Both the position numbers and the translations under genes were made by a program. The notes beneath the pieces are model-generated. The model searched no databases and was not told where the DNA came from. It saw only the letters and a list, made by a program, of their open reading frames with translations. Below, piece by piece: positions 9,243-17,739 of a stretch of DNA of 64,000 nt (positions are counted from its first letter, which is position 1; every line of letters begins with the position of its first letter). The DNA comes from Candidatus Thorarchaeota archaeon (lineage in GTDB: Archaea; Asgardarchaeota; Thorarchaeia; Thorarchaeales; Thorarchaeaceae), in NCBI GenBank assembly GCA_019057475.1, contig DXJO01000041.1:114217-178216 (forward strand), read 5' to 3'.

Positions 9243-9899
9243 ATGTCATTAAACATCGAGTCTATCGAGGCTTCAGTTGCCAGGGCAAGGTCAGAGGGAA
9301 AGAAGAGAAAGATCAAATTCAAGCAGAGCTTTGATATTGCAGTCAGCTTCAGGAAGAAGGAGCTGGACGTAACAAAACCTGAGAATAGAATCAACCAGGA
9401 ACTCGTCCTACCCAATGCTCTCTTTCCTCCAGCCAAGGTATGTGCCTTTGGCGATGGTGATTTCGCAGAGAATGCCAAAGCAGCCGGAGTAGAACATATA
9501 GTATCCAAGGATGATATTCCCAAGATTGGGGAGGAGAAGAAAGAGAGGAAATCACTCGCCAAGACTTATGATTTCTTCATTGCTTCCGTTGATACCATGC
9601 CGCTTGTTGGTCGATACTTAGGGCAGGCGCTCGGTCCTAGAGGGAAGATGCCTAGACCATTCCCGCCACAGGCTGACCTTGCTCCCGTCGTAAGTCAATA
9701 CCAGCGGACGGTCCGGTTGAAGATGAAAAACACACCGACAATCCATGTCAAAGTAGGTCATGAAACGATGAGCGATAGAGAAGTGGCAGACAATATTATT
9801 GCGGTCCTCAACTTCGTTGAAAGCAAGGAATTGCTTGGGAAGTTAAGCTCTATTGTGGTGAAGCTTACTATGGGACCACCAGTGCCTGTATCCATCTAG
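9243..9899 (+). CDS. rpl1: 50S ribosomal protein L1
   Basis: KFKQSFDIAV, LGPRGKMP, KLTMGP. Confidence 0.97.
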   Translation: MSLNIESIEASVARARSEGKKRKIKFKQSFDIAVSFRKKELDVTKPENRINQELVLPNALFPPAKVCAFGDGDFAENAKAAGVEHIVSKDDIPKIGEEKKERKSLAKTYDFFIASVDTMPLVGRYLGQALGPRGKMPRPFPPQADLAPVVSQYQRTVRLKMKNTPTIHVKVGHETMSDREVADNIIAVLNFVESKELLGKLSSIVVKLTMGPPVPVSI

Positions 9900-9911
9900 A
9901 GGTGAAAAGAA

Positions 9912-10934
9912 GTGTCAGTATACAAAAGCGAGTGCCCCCAATGGAAACTGGATGCAGTGGAAAAGATAGTGTCGTCAATCGATGGCAGCTTGATGGTTGG
10001 ACTCGTCAATATAGAGGGTGTAGGTGCCAGACAGCTCCAAGGTATCAGGGATAGCCTAAGAGGATCTGCTGTCATACACATGGCACGGAACACCCTGATG
10101 ATTCGAGCATTAGAGAAATCTGACAAAAAGGGCGTAAAGAAATTGGTCGAGTATGTCACCGGCCCGATTGTGTTCATATTCAGCAATGAGGACCCGTTTG
10201 CTCTGAGCAAGTTCCTCAGTGATAACAAGGCAGCAGCTCCAGCGAAGGGAGGTCAAATTGCTCCCAAGGACATAGTCATTCCTGCAATGAATACCGGCGT
10301 GGCACCCGGGCCGTTCATTAGTGAGCTTGCAGCTCTCAAAATTCCATCCCGAGTGAAGACTGGTGTTATCCACATCACTGACGACTCTGTGGCTGTGAAA
10401 GCCGGAGATGTTGTATCCAACGCCATGGCACAGATGCTGAACAGACTTGGTATTGAACCAATGGAGCTTCAGCTCAAGCTAATCGCTGCCTATACGGACG
10501 GGAAAGTGCTTACAGCAGAGATTCTCGACATTGACATTGAATCCTTGTTCAATGAGGTCATTCTGGGTCATCAGTACGCAGTCAACCTCTCCGTCAATGC
10601 CGGTATTCCAACGGCAGACACAATTCCGTTGATCATAGTCAAGGCGAACATGGAGGCAAAGAGCTTGGTTATGGAGATTGGTTTCTTCACACCAGACATG
10701 CTCGATGTCTACCTGGCCAAGGCCAACTCGCAGGCGCTTGCACTTGCTGCAGCGCTCTCCGAGAGAGATCCAGAAGCAATACCTTCGGAAATGCTTAATC
10801 AGGTCCAAGCCGCTGCTGCATCGTCAGCAGCAGCTGCACCGGCCTCAGATGAGGCGGAGCAGAAAGAAAAACCAGAGGAAGAACCCGAAGAGGAAGAAGA
10901 AGCAGTAGCAGGTCTAGGAGGCCTGTTCGGATAA
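9912..10934 (+). CDS. rpl10: Ribosomal stalk protein P0/L10
   Basis: RNTLMIRAL, NTGVAPGP, acidic tail ending GLGGLFG. Confidence 0.97.
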   Translation: MSVYKSECPQWKLDAVEKIVSSIDGSLMVGLVNIEGVGARQLQGIRDSLRGSAVIHMARNTLMIRALEKSDKKGVKKLVEYVTGPIVFIFSNEDPFALSKFLSDNKAAAPAKGGQIAPKDIVIPAMNTGVAPGPFISELAALKIPSRVKTGVIHITDDSVAVKAGDVVSNAMAQMLNRLGIEPMELQLKLIAAYTDGKVLTAEILDIDIESLFNEVILGHQYAVNLSVNAGIPTADTIPLIIVKANMEAKSLVMEIGFFTPDMLDVYLAKANSQALALAAALSERDPEAIPSEMLNQVQAAAASSAAAAPASDEAEQKEKPEEEPEEEEEAVAGLGGLFG

Positions 10935-10955
10935 AATAGCAACGAGGTAAGAATT

Positions 10956-11282
10956 ATGGAATACGTATACTCAGCACTTCTGCTCCACAAAGCGGGCAAG
11001 AAAATGACTGCCAAGGCAATGGATGGCATTCTCACTGCTGCAGGTGTTGACCCTGACAAGAACAGGATCAAGGCCTTGCTGGCGGCTCTGAAGGATGTCG
11101 ATATCGATGAGGCACTGAAAGGTGCCGCAATGCCGATGGCAGTTGCAGCTCCTGCGGGCGTAACCGCGGCTGCTGCAGAACCTGCTGCAAAGGGGAAGAA
11201 GAAGGGGAAGAAGAAGGGGAAGAAGGAAGAGGAAGAGAAGGAAGAAGAGTTCACTGCTGGACTTGGCAGTCTCTTTGGCTAA
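10956..11282 (+). CDS. rpl12: Ribosomal stalk protein P1/L12
   Basis: MEYVYSALLLH...GLGSLFG. Confidence 0.97.
   Translation: MEYVYSALLLHKAGKKMTAKAMDGILTAAGVDPDKNRIKALLAALKDVDIDEALKGAAMPMAVAAPAGVTAAAAEPAAKGKKKGKKKGKKEEEEKEEEFTAGLGSLFG
11190..11225 (+). repeat. 3 x 12-bp perfect tandem repeat AAGGGGAAGAAG (KGKK x3) in the rpl12 hinge
   Basis: Read directly from the sequence. Confidence 0.9.
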
Positions 11283-11319
11283 GGTGGGTATTTCGCCCCC
11301 CTCTTAATCTTAAAACAGA

Positions 11320-11370
11320 GGGCAATAGGCCATGCGCCTGCTGCCCACTGCAACTTCTTTTTTCATTTTT
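11320..11370 (+). terminator. Hairpin plus T-tract after the r-protein operon
   Basis: GGGCA-ATAGGC...GCCTG-CTGCCC followed by TTCTTTTTTCATTTTT. Confidence 0.55.
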
Positions 11371-11713
11371 ATCAGGCTGATATAGCTGAAAAGCTATAAC
11401 ACGCTCTGAGTACATTCATAGACAGGAAGAATCTGATGACCTTCTATCCGGGAAAGGAATGACCAAGATGAAGATAGTGTATCATCCTCTGATGAGAGAA
11501 AGCTATGACCGTACACCCGCAGGAGCCCCTGGGAGATTGGAGACCTCTGTGAAAATCCTGAGCAAACACCCAGACTACGAGTTTGTAAAGGCAAGGTCTG
11601 CGACCGAAGAAGAGATCAATCGAGCTCATGCTCCGGGTCACATCGAGAGGGTGAGGCGGGACTATGACTCAACAAGGGAGGACCTACTGTATCAGGTAGC
11701 GACCTTGGCGGCA
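11353..11713 (+). repeat. Left copy of ~360-bp imperfect direct repeat (HDAC promoter plus 5' coding region)
   Basis: Matches 25401-25763; by manual count 28 mismatches in 323 nt over 11391-11713. Confidence 0.95.
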
Positions 11714-11779
11714 ACACTATCGGTTATTATCGATCATGCTGATGAGCTTAATTCAGAAATATCGAAGTTCATCGGTTAA
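11459..11779 (+). pseudogene. Truncated HDAC-family 5' copy fused in frame to an alpha/beta-hydrolase-like C-terminal remnant
   Basis: First ~85 aa nearly identical to 25509 ORF; lacks GHHA/DxH/GGY; tail VIIDHADELNSEISKFIG resembles hydrolase C-terminus VIIEKYEEFNNEVMNFID. Confidence 0.8.
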
Positions 11780-11788
11780 AATACAGAT

Positions 11789-12217
11789 CTAGAGTGACAT
11801 AATCTTGATGAGGGCTTCACCTTCAATGACAACTTCTTGGTTCTGATTTGTACATAAGGTCTTCAAAGTGACTCGTTGCTTCTCATCGTTAAGAGAAGCT
11901 ACCTCGACCCTAGCAGTTATTGTGTCACCAATTCTGACTGGCCCCATGAAATTCATACTCTGTCCTAAATATATCGTCCCGGGACCGGGTAATTTCATGC
12001 CGATGGCAGCACTGATGAACGAAGCAGTGAGCAGTCCATGAGCAATTCGTCCATTAAACATCGTAGTCTTAGCCCATTCTTCATCGAAGTGCAATGGATT
12101 GTAATCTCCACTAAGGTCTCCGAATGTCTGAATATCCTCCTCTGTGATAGTATGTGTTACCTCTGCAAATTGTCCAATGTGAAGATCAGAATATTTTGTC
12201 GCTTTTATTTCATTCAC
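11789..12217 (-). CDS. MaoC/PhaJ-type (R)-enoyl-CoA hydratase
   Basis: Hydratase-2 motif SGDYNPLHFD, IAHGLL, LPGPGTIY; start inferred (GTG overlapping upstream stop). Confidence 0.9.
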   Translation of the reverse strand: MNEIKATKYSDLHIGQFAEVTHTITEEDIQTFGDLSGDYNPLHFDEEWAKTTMFNGRIAHGLLTASFISAAIGMKLPGPGTIYLGQSMNFMGPVRIGDTITARVEVASLNDEKQRVTLKTLCTNQNQEVVIEGEALIKIMSL

Positions 12218-13235
12218 CTTTCCACATTCCCCATTTGATTGTAATCGCATTCCATGACCAGCCAATCCCAGCAGCGGTCAAAACAACAATGTTCCCATCC
12301 TTTATCTTTCCATCCTTTAGACCTTCTTCAACTGACACAATCGAATCGTTTTGACCCATATGTCCCCATTCATCGAAATATGTTGCTTGATTATATGGAT
12401 GAACACCTAGTTCATTTGCTACGAACTCAAAGGCACTTCTCTTCATTCTGATGAGCCCAAGATAGTCAATATTCTTTCGAGTATATCCACTCTTCTCTAA
12501 TGATTCATCTACGACTTTCAAGAAATTGGTCATTGATAGTCTATCAAGACGGTCTTTCAACCCTGGAGGATCAGTGACATCCAAGTACTGCATGCGTTTC
12601 TCAATCGCCTCACATGTGATAGGAATGACAGTGCCACCTGCAGGTACATAGACATCTTCTGAAAATTGGCCATCTGTGATGACGCTTCCCTCTAGGATGA
12701 CATTTTGTGGATAATCATTACGAAGAATCATGGCGACTCCACTGGCAGCTAAATCATGCATGAATCGTGTCCGGATATTCGAGTAGTCTATGAGATCACA
12801 GTTCCTGTATCCACTGCCAATTAGAACCCGTTTGTATCCTTGGGTTTCCATTAAAGACTTGGCAATGATCATGGCAACAACAATTGTGCCGCATCTCTGG
12901 TTGACATCAAACGCCCAAGCTTTTGTTGCACCCACCTCGTTTTGGAACTTGATGGCATAGGTTTGCATAGGATGCTCTGCGTAAACCTCGCCAGCCCAAA
13001 TCACTAAGTCAATATCCTTTGCAGGATCTAGCCCCGCTCGTTCTATAGCAATCTTTGCAGCCTTCACGCCCATTGCCACAGTGTGATCATCTGGACCAGG
13101 CACAGCCTTACTCTTCATACCCATCTTCGTTTCAATTATCTCTGCTGGAGTTCCAGATTGTTCAGATATGTATTGAGCAGTATGCCTCTCAGGAGGTATA
13201 TAGGTGCCAATCGCTTCAATTCCAATCTTTCTCAT
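12210..13235 (-). CDS. KAS III/FabH-like thiolase-fold enzyme (Cys-Arg-His/Asp variant)
   Basis: FDVNQRCG (catalytic Cys), LIRMKRS, GHMGQND, AAGIGWSW. Confidence 0.9.
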   Translation of the reverse strand: MRKIGIEAIGTYIPPERHTAQYISEQSGTPAEIIETKMGMKSKAVPGPDDHTVAMGVKAAKIAIERAGLDPAKDIDLVIWAGEVYAEHPMQTYAIKFQNEVGATKAWAFDVNQRCGTIVVAMIIAKSLMETQGYKRVLIGSGYRNCDLIDYSNIRTRFMHDLAASGVAMILRNDYPQNVILEGSVITDGQFSEDVYVPAGGTVIPITCEAIEKRMQYLDVTDPPGLKDRLDRLSMTNFLKVVDESLEKSGYTRKNIDYLGLIRMKRSAFEFVANELGVHPYNQATYFDEWGHMGQNDSIVSVEEGLKDGKIKDGNIVVLTAAGIGWSWNAITIKWGMWKGE

Positions 13236-14767
13236 TTCGCATCCTCCAACTCTCTTTTCAGAATTTTGCCTGTTGCGCTTTTGGGTAGGTTTCCACGAAA
13301 TTCGTAATGCTTAGGAATCTTATAACTTGCAAGTTTATCATCCATATACTGTCTTATTTCGTCCTCTGCTAGTGATTCTCCATCCTTCAAGACAATGAAC
13401 ACCTTTCCGACTTCTCCCCACTTTTCATGTGGCACTCCAATTACAGCAGCCTCAAGTATTGCAGGGTGCTTGTATAGTACATCTTCAATCTCTGAGGGAA
13501 ATACATTTTCTCCCCCTGAAATGAACATATCTTTCTTGCGACCAACTATATAGTAGAACCCATCACTATCACGCATGACGAGGTCTCCTGTATGCACCCA
13601 TCCATCAGATTCAATGACTTTTGCTGACTCTTCAGGTTCCTCCCAATAACCACTGAATGTATGAGGTCCTCTCAACATCAACTCACCTACCTCCTCATCT
13701 GACAGCGTTACATTGTCATCATCAACTATCTTCATATCACAGTGGAATGCAGGAAAACCAACAGATGTTGGTCTTTCCTTAACAGCATCATCAGGTAAGT
13801 AGAAATTATTAGGTCCTACTTCAGTGAGTCCATACCCCATTTTTAGAATCTTACCTCTCTCCCAGTATTTTTCCATTATCGCAACAGGACATGGAGCACC
13901 TCCACTGATGAACGATCTAACATGTTCAAAGTTTGTCTTCTTGAAATTCGATGATTGAGATATCATGTTAAACACGGTAGGGACGCCAATCACGATTGTG
14001 CATCTCTCGCTCTCAACTACTCTCAGTGTTTCTTCAGGATCAAAGTCGCCCATGATTATACTTAATGCTCCAAGATGATAGAATGGTATGAGAAGTACAT
14101 TGATTCCTCCTGTATGAAAGAGTGGAAAGAGTAGTGGTTGAATATCATCTGGTCTAAGTCCCCATGAAACAATCGTATTAACTGAGTTCCAGAATACCAA
14201 TCTGTGTGATAGAACAGCACCTTTGGGTAGGCCTGTAGTTCCGCCTGTGAAGACGATCAAGAAAGGATCATCCATTGTGATTGCTGGTCGTTCTACTGCA
14301 CTGGAGGATTTTCTGGTCATGAGCGAATAAATATCGGGGTCAGTATCAAACATCTTATTTCCCATGACGACTACAAGCTGTTTTTCAAGGAGCGGACGGA
14401 TTTTCCCAAACTGGATTCTCAAATTGGGGTCATAGAATACTATAGAGGGGTTTGTCTTTTTCAAAAGGTATTCAGTTTCGGGTGTGGTAAGCCGAATGTT
14501 AAACGGAGTCAGAATGGCTCCTATCTTTCCACAAGCAAAGAGGATGTCAAGAAATTCGAACCTGTTCTTAGAGTAGATGCCTACTCGGTTTCCCTTTTGT
14601 ACTCCTGAATCAAGTAATAATCTTGCTACTTGATTCGCTCGTTTATCCATTTCTTCGAATGTGTATCTCTTATTCTGGATGTTGTCAACTATTGCTTCCT
14701 TTTTTGGAGTCAAGAGCGCTCTTCTTCCAGTCCAATCTCCTATCCAAGACCAATCTTTCAGGTTCAT
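13232..14767 (-). CDS. Acyl-CoA synthetase (AMP-forming)
   Basis: FTGGTTGLPKG, GYGLTE, TGD, GRKKDMFISGGEN, PKSATGK. Confidence 0.95.
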   Translation of the reverse strand: MNLKDWSWIGDWTGRRALLTPKKEAIVDNIQNKRYTFEEMDKRANQVARLLLDSGVQKGNRVGIYSKNRFEFLDILFACGKIGAILTPFNIRLTTPETEYLLKKTNPSIVFYDPNLRIQFGKIRPLLEKQLVVVMGNKMFDTDPDIYSLMTRKSSSAVERPAITMDDPFLIVFTGGTTGLPKGAVLSHRLVFWNSVNTIVSWGLRPDDIQPLLFPLFHTGGINVLLIPFYHLGALSIIMGDFDPEETLRVVESERCTIVIGVPTVFNMISQSSNFKKTNFEHVRSFISGGAPCPVAIMEKYWERGKILKMGYGLTEVGPNNFYLPDDAVKERPTSVGFPAFHCDMKIVDDDNVTLSDEEVGELMLRGPHTFSGYWEEPEESAKVIESDGWVHTGDLVMRDSDGFYYIVGRKKDMFISGGENVFPSEIEDVLYKHPAILEAAVIGVPHEKWGEVGKVFIVLKDGESLAEDEIRQYMDDKLASYKIPKHYEFRGNLPKSATGKILKRELEDAK

Positions 14768-15129
14768 TGTTCAATCTCTTTTGATTCAGAATGAAAACAT
14801 TCTCAAGTATTAGTCTTACTGAAGATAGAGTTACTATTAGACACTTATTACTTTGAAAATCTATTAGAGTCTTGCATAAGAGAACTATCTGATTGACTCT
14901 TTGTTCCATATCCTCGAATGCGTATCTTGCAAGAATGTCACCTCTCCGCCTATTCCTCTCCTTAGAATCAATGGTGTCTTTCATTTCATTCTCCCGAGGT
15001 GCTTTACTATTTGTTCCAGATTTGCATTAAGAGGCAAAATCTGTCCAAAAGACATATTATTGGCTGAAATCAAACTCCTTAAGGATAACCAACCTTTGAT
15101 GTATCATATCAGTTCAGGAGGAAGTTGAA

Positions 15130-15924
15130 TTGTCCTCAACGAATGAGTTCATCCTTAGCACAAGTGGGTTAACCAAGAATTTTGATGGTCTAATTGCCGT
15201 TGATGATGTAAGTCTAGATGTCGAAAGAGGTTCGATAAAATCAATCATCGGCCCGAATGGTTCAGGCAAAACTACTTTTTTTAATCTCATTACAGGAGCC
15301 CTCCCTCCTTCGTCTGGAAAGATATATTTCGAAGGTCAAGATATAACTCGATTTTCAATGCATCAACGTACACGACAAGGTATATCACGATCGTATCAGA
15401 TCACGAATATTTTCCCATATCAGACAACATTTGAAAATATACGGTTGGCAGCTCAGGGCTGTAGTGGTGCAAAAGTAAATTTCTTTGGAATGTTAAAGAA
15501 AGCAGGCTCATTTAGCGAGTTTCATGAGAAAGTAATTGATATAGCAACACTTGTGGGTCTTAATCCTGCGAGACTCTATGTCCCAGCCGCTTTGATCCCA
15601 CATGCCGAACAAAGAAAACTTGAAATCGCGATGGCCCTCGCTACCGAGCCGAAACTCCTCTTACTTGACGAACCTGCTGCTGGAATATCAATAGAAGAGA
15701 TACCAGATGTTATTGATGCTATTTTGCGGGTCAAAGAATCCTATGGGGATCAACTAACGCTATTAGTAGTTGAACATAAAATGGACATTGTTATGAAACT
15801 CAGTGAGGAGATTGTTGTTCTTTCAGAAGGAAAAATGATTGCAAAAGGTTCTCCAAAGGAGATCCAAGAAAATGAACAAGTATTGACAGCTTATCTCGGT
15901 GGTACAGATGAAAAACTTGCTTGA
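15130..15924 (+). CDS. Liv-type ABC ATPase (LivG-like)
   Basis: GPNGSGKTT, LLLDEPAAG, VEH, AYLG. Confidence 0.93.
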   Translation: MSSTNEFILSTSGLTKNFDGLIAVDDVSLDVERGSIKSIIGPNGSGKTTFFNLITGALPPSSGKIYFEGQDITRFSMHQRTRQGISRSYQITNIFPYQTTFENIRLAAQGCSGAKVNFFGMLKKAGSFSEFHEKVIDIATLVGLNPARLYVPAALIPHAEQRKLEIAMALATEPKLLLLDEPAAGISIEEIPDVIDAILRVKESYGDQLTLLVVEHKMDIVMKLSEEIVVLSEGKMIAKGSPKEIQENEQVLTAYLGGTDEKLA

Positions 15925-16627
15925 AATACAAAATGCTCACGTATACATTGGTTCCTTCTACATTCTGCAAGGAATCTCACTAGTCGTGCCTAAAGGAGAA
16001 GTTACTCTATTACTGGGTAGGAACGGCTCTGGAAAAACTACTACAATGAAATCAATACTCGGTATATATCCACCAAAAGAAGGAAAGATTGTCTTCAAGG
16101 GTGAGGAGATATCCAATCTCCCTACCCATAAGATAGTCAACAAAGGCATGGGATATGTCCCTGATACAAGAAGGATATTTGGAACACTGACGGTTGAACA
16201 GAATCTAGTTGTGTCAATGAGGAAGGGAAGCTCGCGAGAAGACATGCAAAAACGATTGGATCTAATCTTCGATTTGTTTCCTGACATGAAAGGGTTTCTG
16301 AAACAGAGAGCAGGTACTCTATCAGGTGGTCAACAGCAAATGCTAGCTGTTGCCCGTGCATTGATGAATGAAAATGATTTGTTGCTCATCGACGAACCTA
16401 CAGAGGGCTTGAGTCCCCTTTTAGCTAAGAACCTTATCGACTCTCTTGACAGACTAAAGGAATTTGCTACTATCTTACTGGTTGAACAGAACTTTCGGAC
16501 AGTGTCTAAGCTGGGTGATAACTACTACATTTTCGATAATGGAAAAATCGTTCATGAGGGCACCAACATGTCTGAGTTAATAGACGACAAGGCACTTGTT
16601 GCACAATACTTGGGGGTAAGCATTTAA
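15908..16627 (+). CDS. Liv-type ABC ATPase (LivF-like)
   Basis: GRNGSGKTT, LSGGQQQM, IDEPTEGL, VEQN. Confidence 0.93.
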   Translation: MKNLLEIQNAHVYIGSFYILQGISLVVPKGEVTLLLGRNGSGKTTTMKSILGIYPPKEGKIVFKGEEISNLPTHKIVNKGMGYVPDTRRIFGTLTVEQNLVVSMRKGSSREDMQKRLDLIFDLFPDMKGFLKQRAGTLSGGQQQMLAVARALMNENDLLLIDEPTEGLSPLLAKNLIDSLDRLKEFATILLVEQNFRTVSKLGDNYYIFDNGKIVHEGTNMSELIDDKALVAQYLGVSI

Positions 16628-17739
16628 TGACTATGCAAACAAAGAGATTCTCTCCTCGGGACTACTTGGAGGAAAACCCACAGGTTCGCAAATTGTTGAG
16701 GATTACAGTGGTGATTGCACTCATAATAATAGGGGGTCTATTGGTTTTAGCTGCGATAGACGTCTATACATGGAACGGATTCGTTGTAAGGGCTAGCAAA
16801 TCACTAGTTAATGGTCTTGCACTCAGCATGTTGCTCTTCTTGATGGTCTCTGGTTTCTTCTTGATCTTTGGTCTATGCGACGTAATCAATTTCGCGCACG
16901 GCGCGTTCTTTATGTTGGGAGGTTTCATGGGTTTCGTAATCTATCTCGGAACCGAGGCTGTTTTCCTAGACCCAGCCCTACCGTTCTATCTTATCTTCGG
17001 AGCTAATCAATTTGCCTTGTCAGTCACGGCCTTTATTGTAAGTGCCCTTGGAGCCGCAGCAGTTCTGGCTCTTATTGGTGGAGGAATAGAGTTCTTTACA
17101 ATTCGGCGGCTTTACGGTAATCCTATCGCTCAGATACTGCTGACAGTTGGTTTTATGTTCGTTATCACTCAGATTGTCGAGATTATCTGGGGGCCTTCAC
17201 AGTTTTCCTATTTCATTATTTCCAATTCGCAAATAACCTACTTCTTCATTAGTGGTTTACTTGATTTTGGCGGAGGGCTGCAATTTGCTGTTTACCGTAT
17301 TTTCTTGATTTTTCTAGGGTTAGCAGTTGCTGGATTAATGTTTATAGGGTTCAGAAAGACACGTATCGGACTCCTGGTACAAGCAGGTATAGAAGATTCA
17401 GAGATGGTTGAAGCATTAGGGACTGATATCAGAAAATTGTTTACAATTGTATTTATGTTGGGTGCAGGTCTTGCGGGACTATCAGGGGCTGTCCTAGTCC
17501 CGTGGATTGGAGCAAACTCGGGTCATGGTCTCACATACCTCATATTCGCATTTGTCATAGTTGTCGTTGGAGGCGCCCATTATGGTCGCCTTGAAGGGAC
17601 TTTCTTTGGTGCACTTATAGTCGGTCTATCAATTCAATTTACATCATATTTCATTCCATTTCTTGAGAACATTATTGTATTCATAATTATGGCGATTATT
17701 CTGATAGTAAGACCAGGAGGATTAACGGGTCATGAATAA
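16627..17739 (+). CDS. Liv-type ABC permease (LivH-like)
   Basis: VINFAHGAFFMLG, GAGLAGLSG, RPGGL. Confidence 0.92.
   Translation: MTMQTKRFSPRDYLEENPQVRKLLRITVVIALIIIGGLLVLAAIDVYTWNGFVVRASKSLVNGLALSMLLFLMVSGFFLIFGLCDVINFAHGAFFMLGGFMGFVIYLGTEAVFLDPALPFYLIFGANQFALSVTAFIVSALGAAAVLALIGGGIEFFTIRRLYGNPIAQILLTVGFMFVITQIVEIIWGPSQFSYFIISNSQITYFFISGLLDFGGGLQFAVYRIFLIFLGLAVAGLMFIGFRKTRIGLLVQAGIEDSEMVEALGTDIRKLFTIVFMLGAGLAGLSGAVLVPWIGANSGHGLTYLIFAFVIVVVGGAHYGRLEGTFFGALIVGLSIQFTSYFIPFLENIIVFIIMAIILIVRPGGLTGHE

Noticed and set aside
8744-9562. 272-aa minus-strand ORF
   Set aside because: Antisense shadow of rpl11/rpl1 with no motifs; the same applies to the many short antisense ORFs over housekeeping genes
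14685-15128. Short ORFs in the island's divergent spacer as a possible ACP or regulator
   Set aside because: No DSL phosphopantetheine motif, no HTH, no RBS; the region looks like promoter DNA
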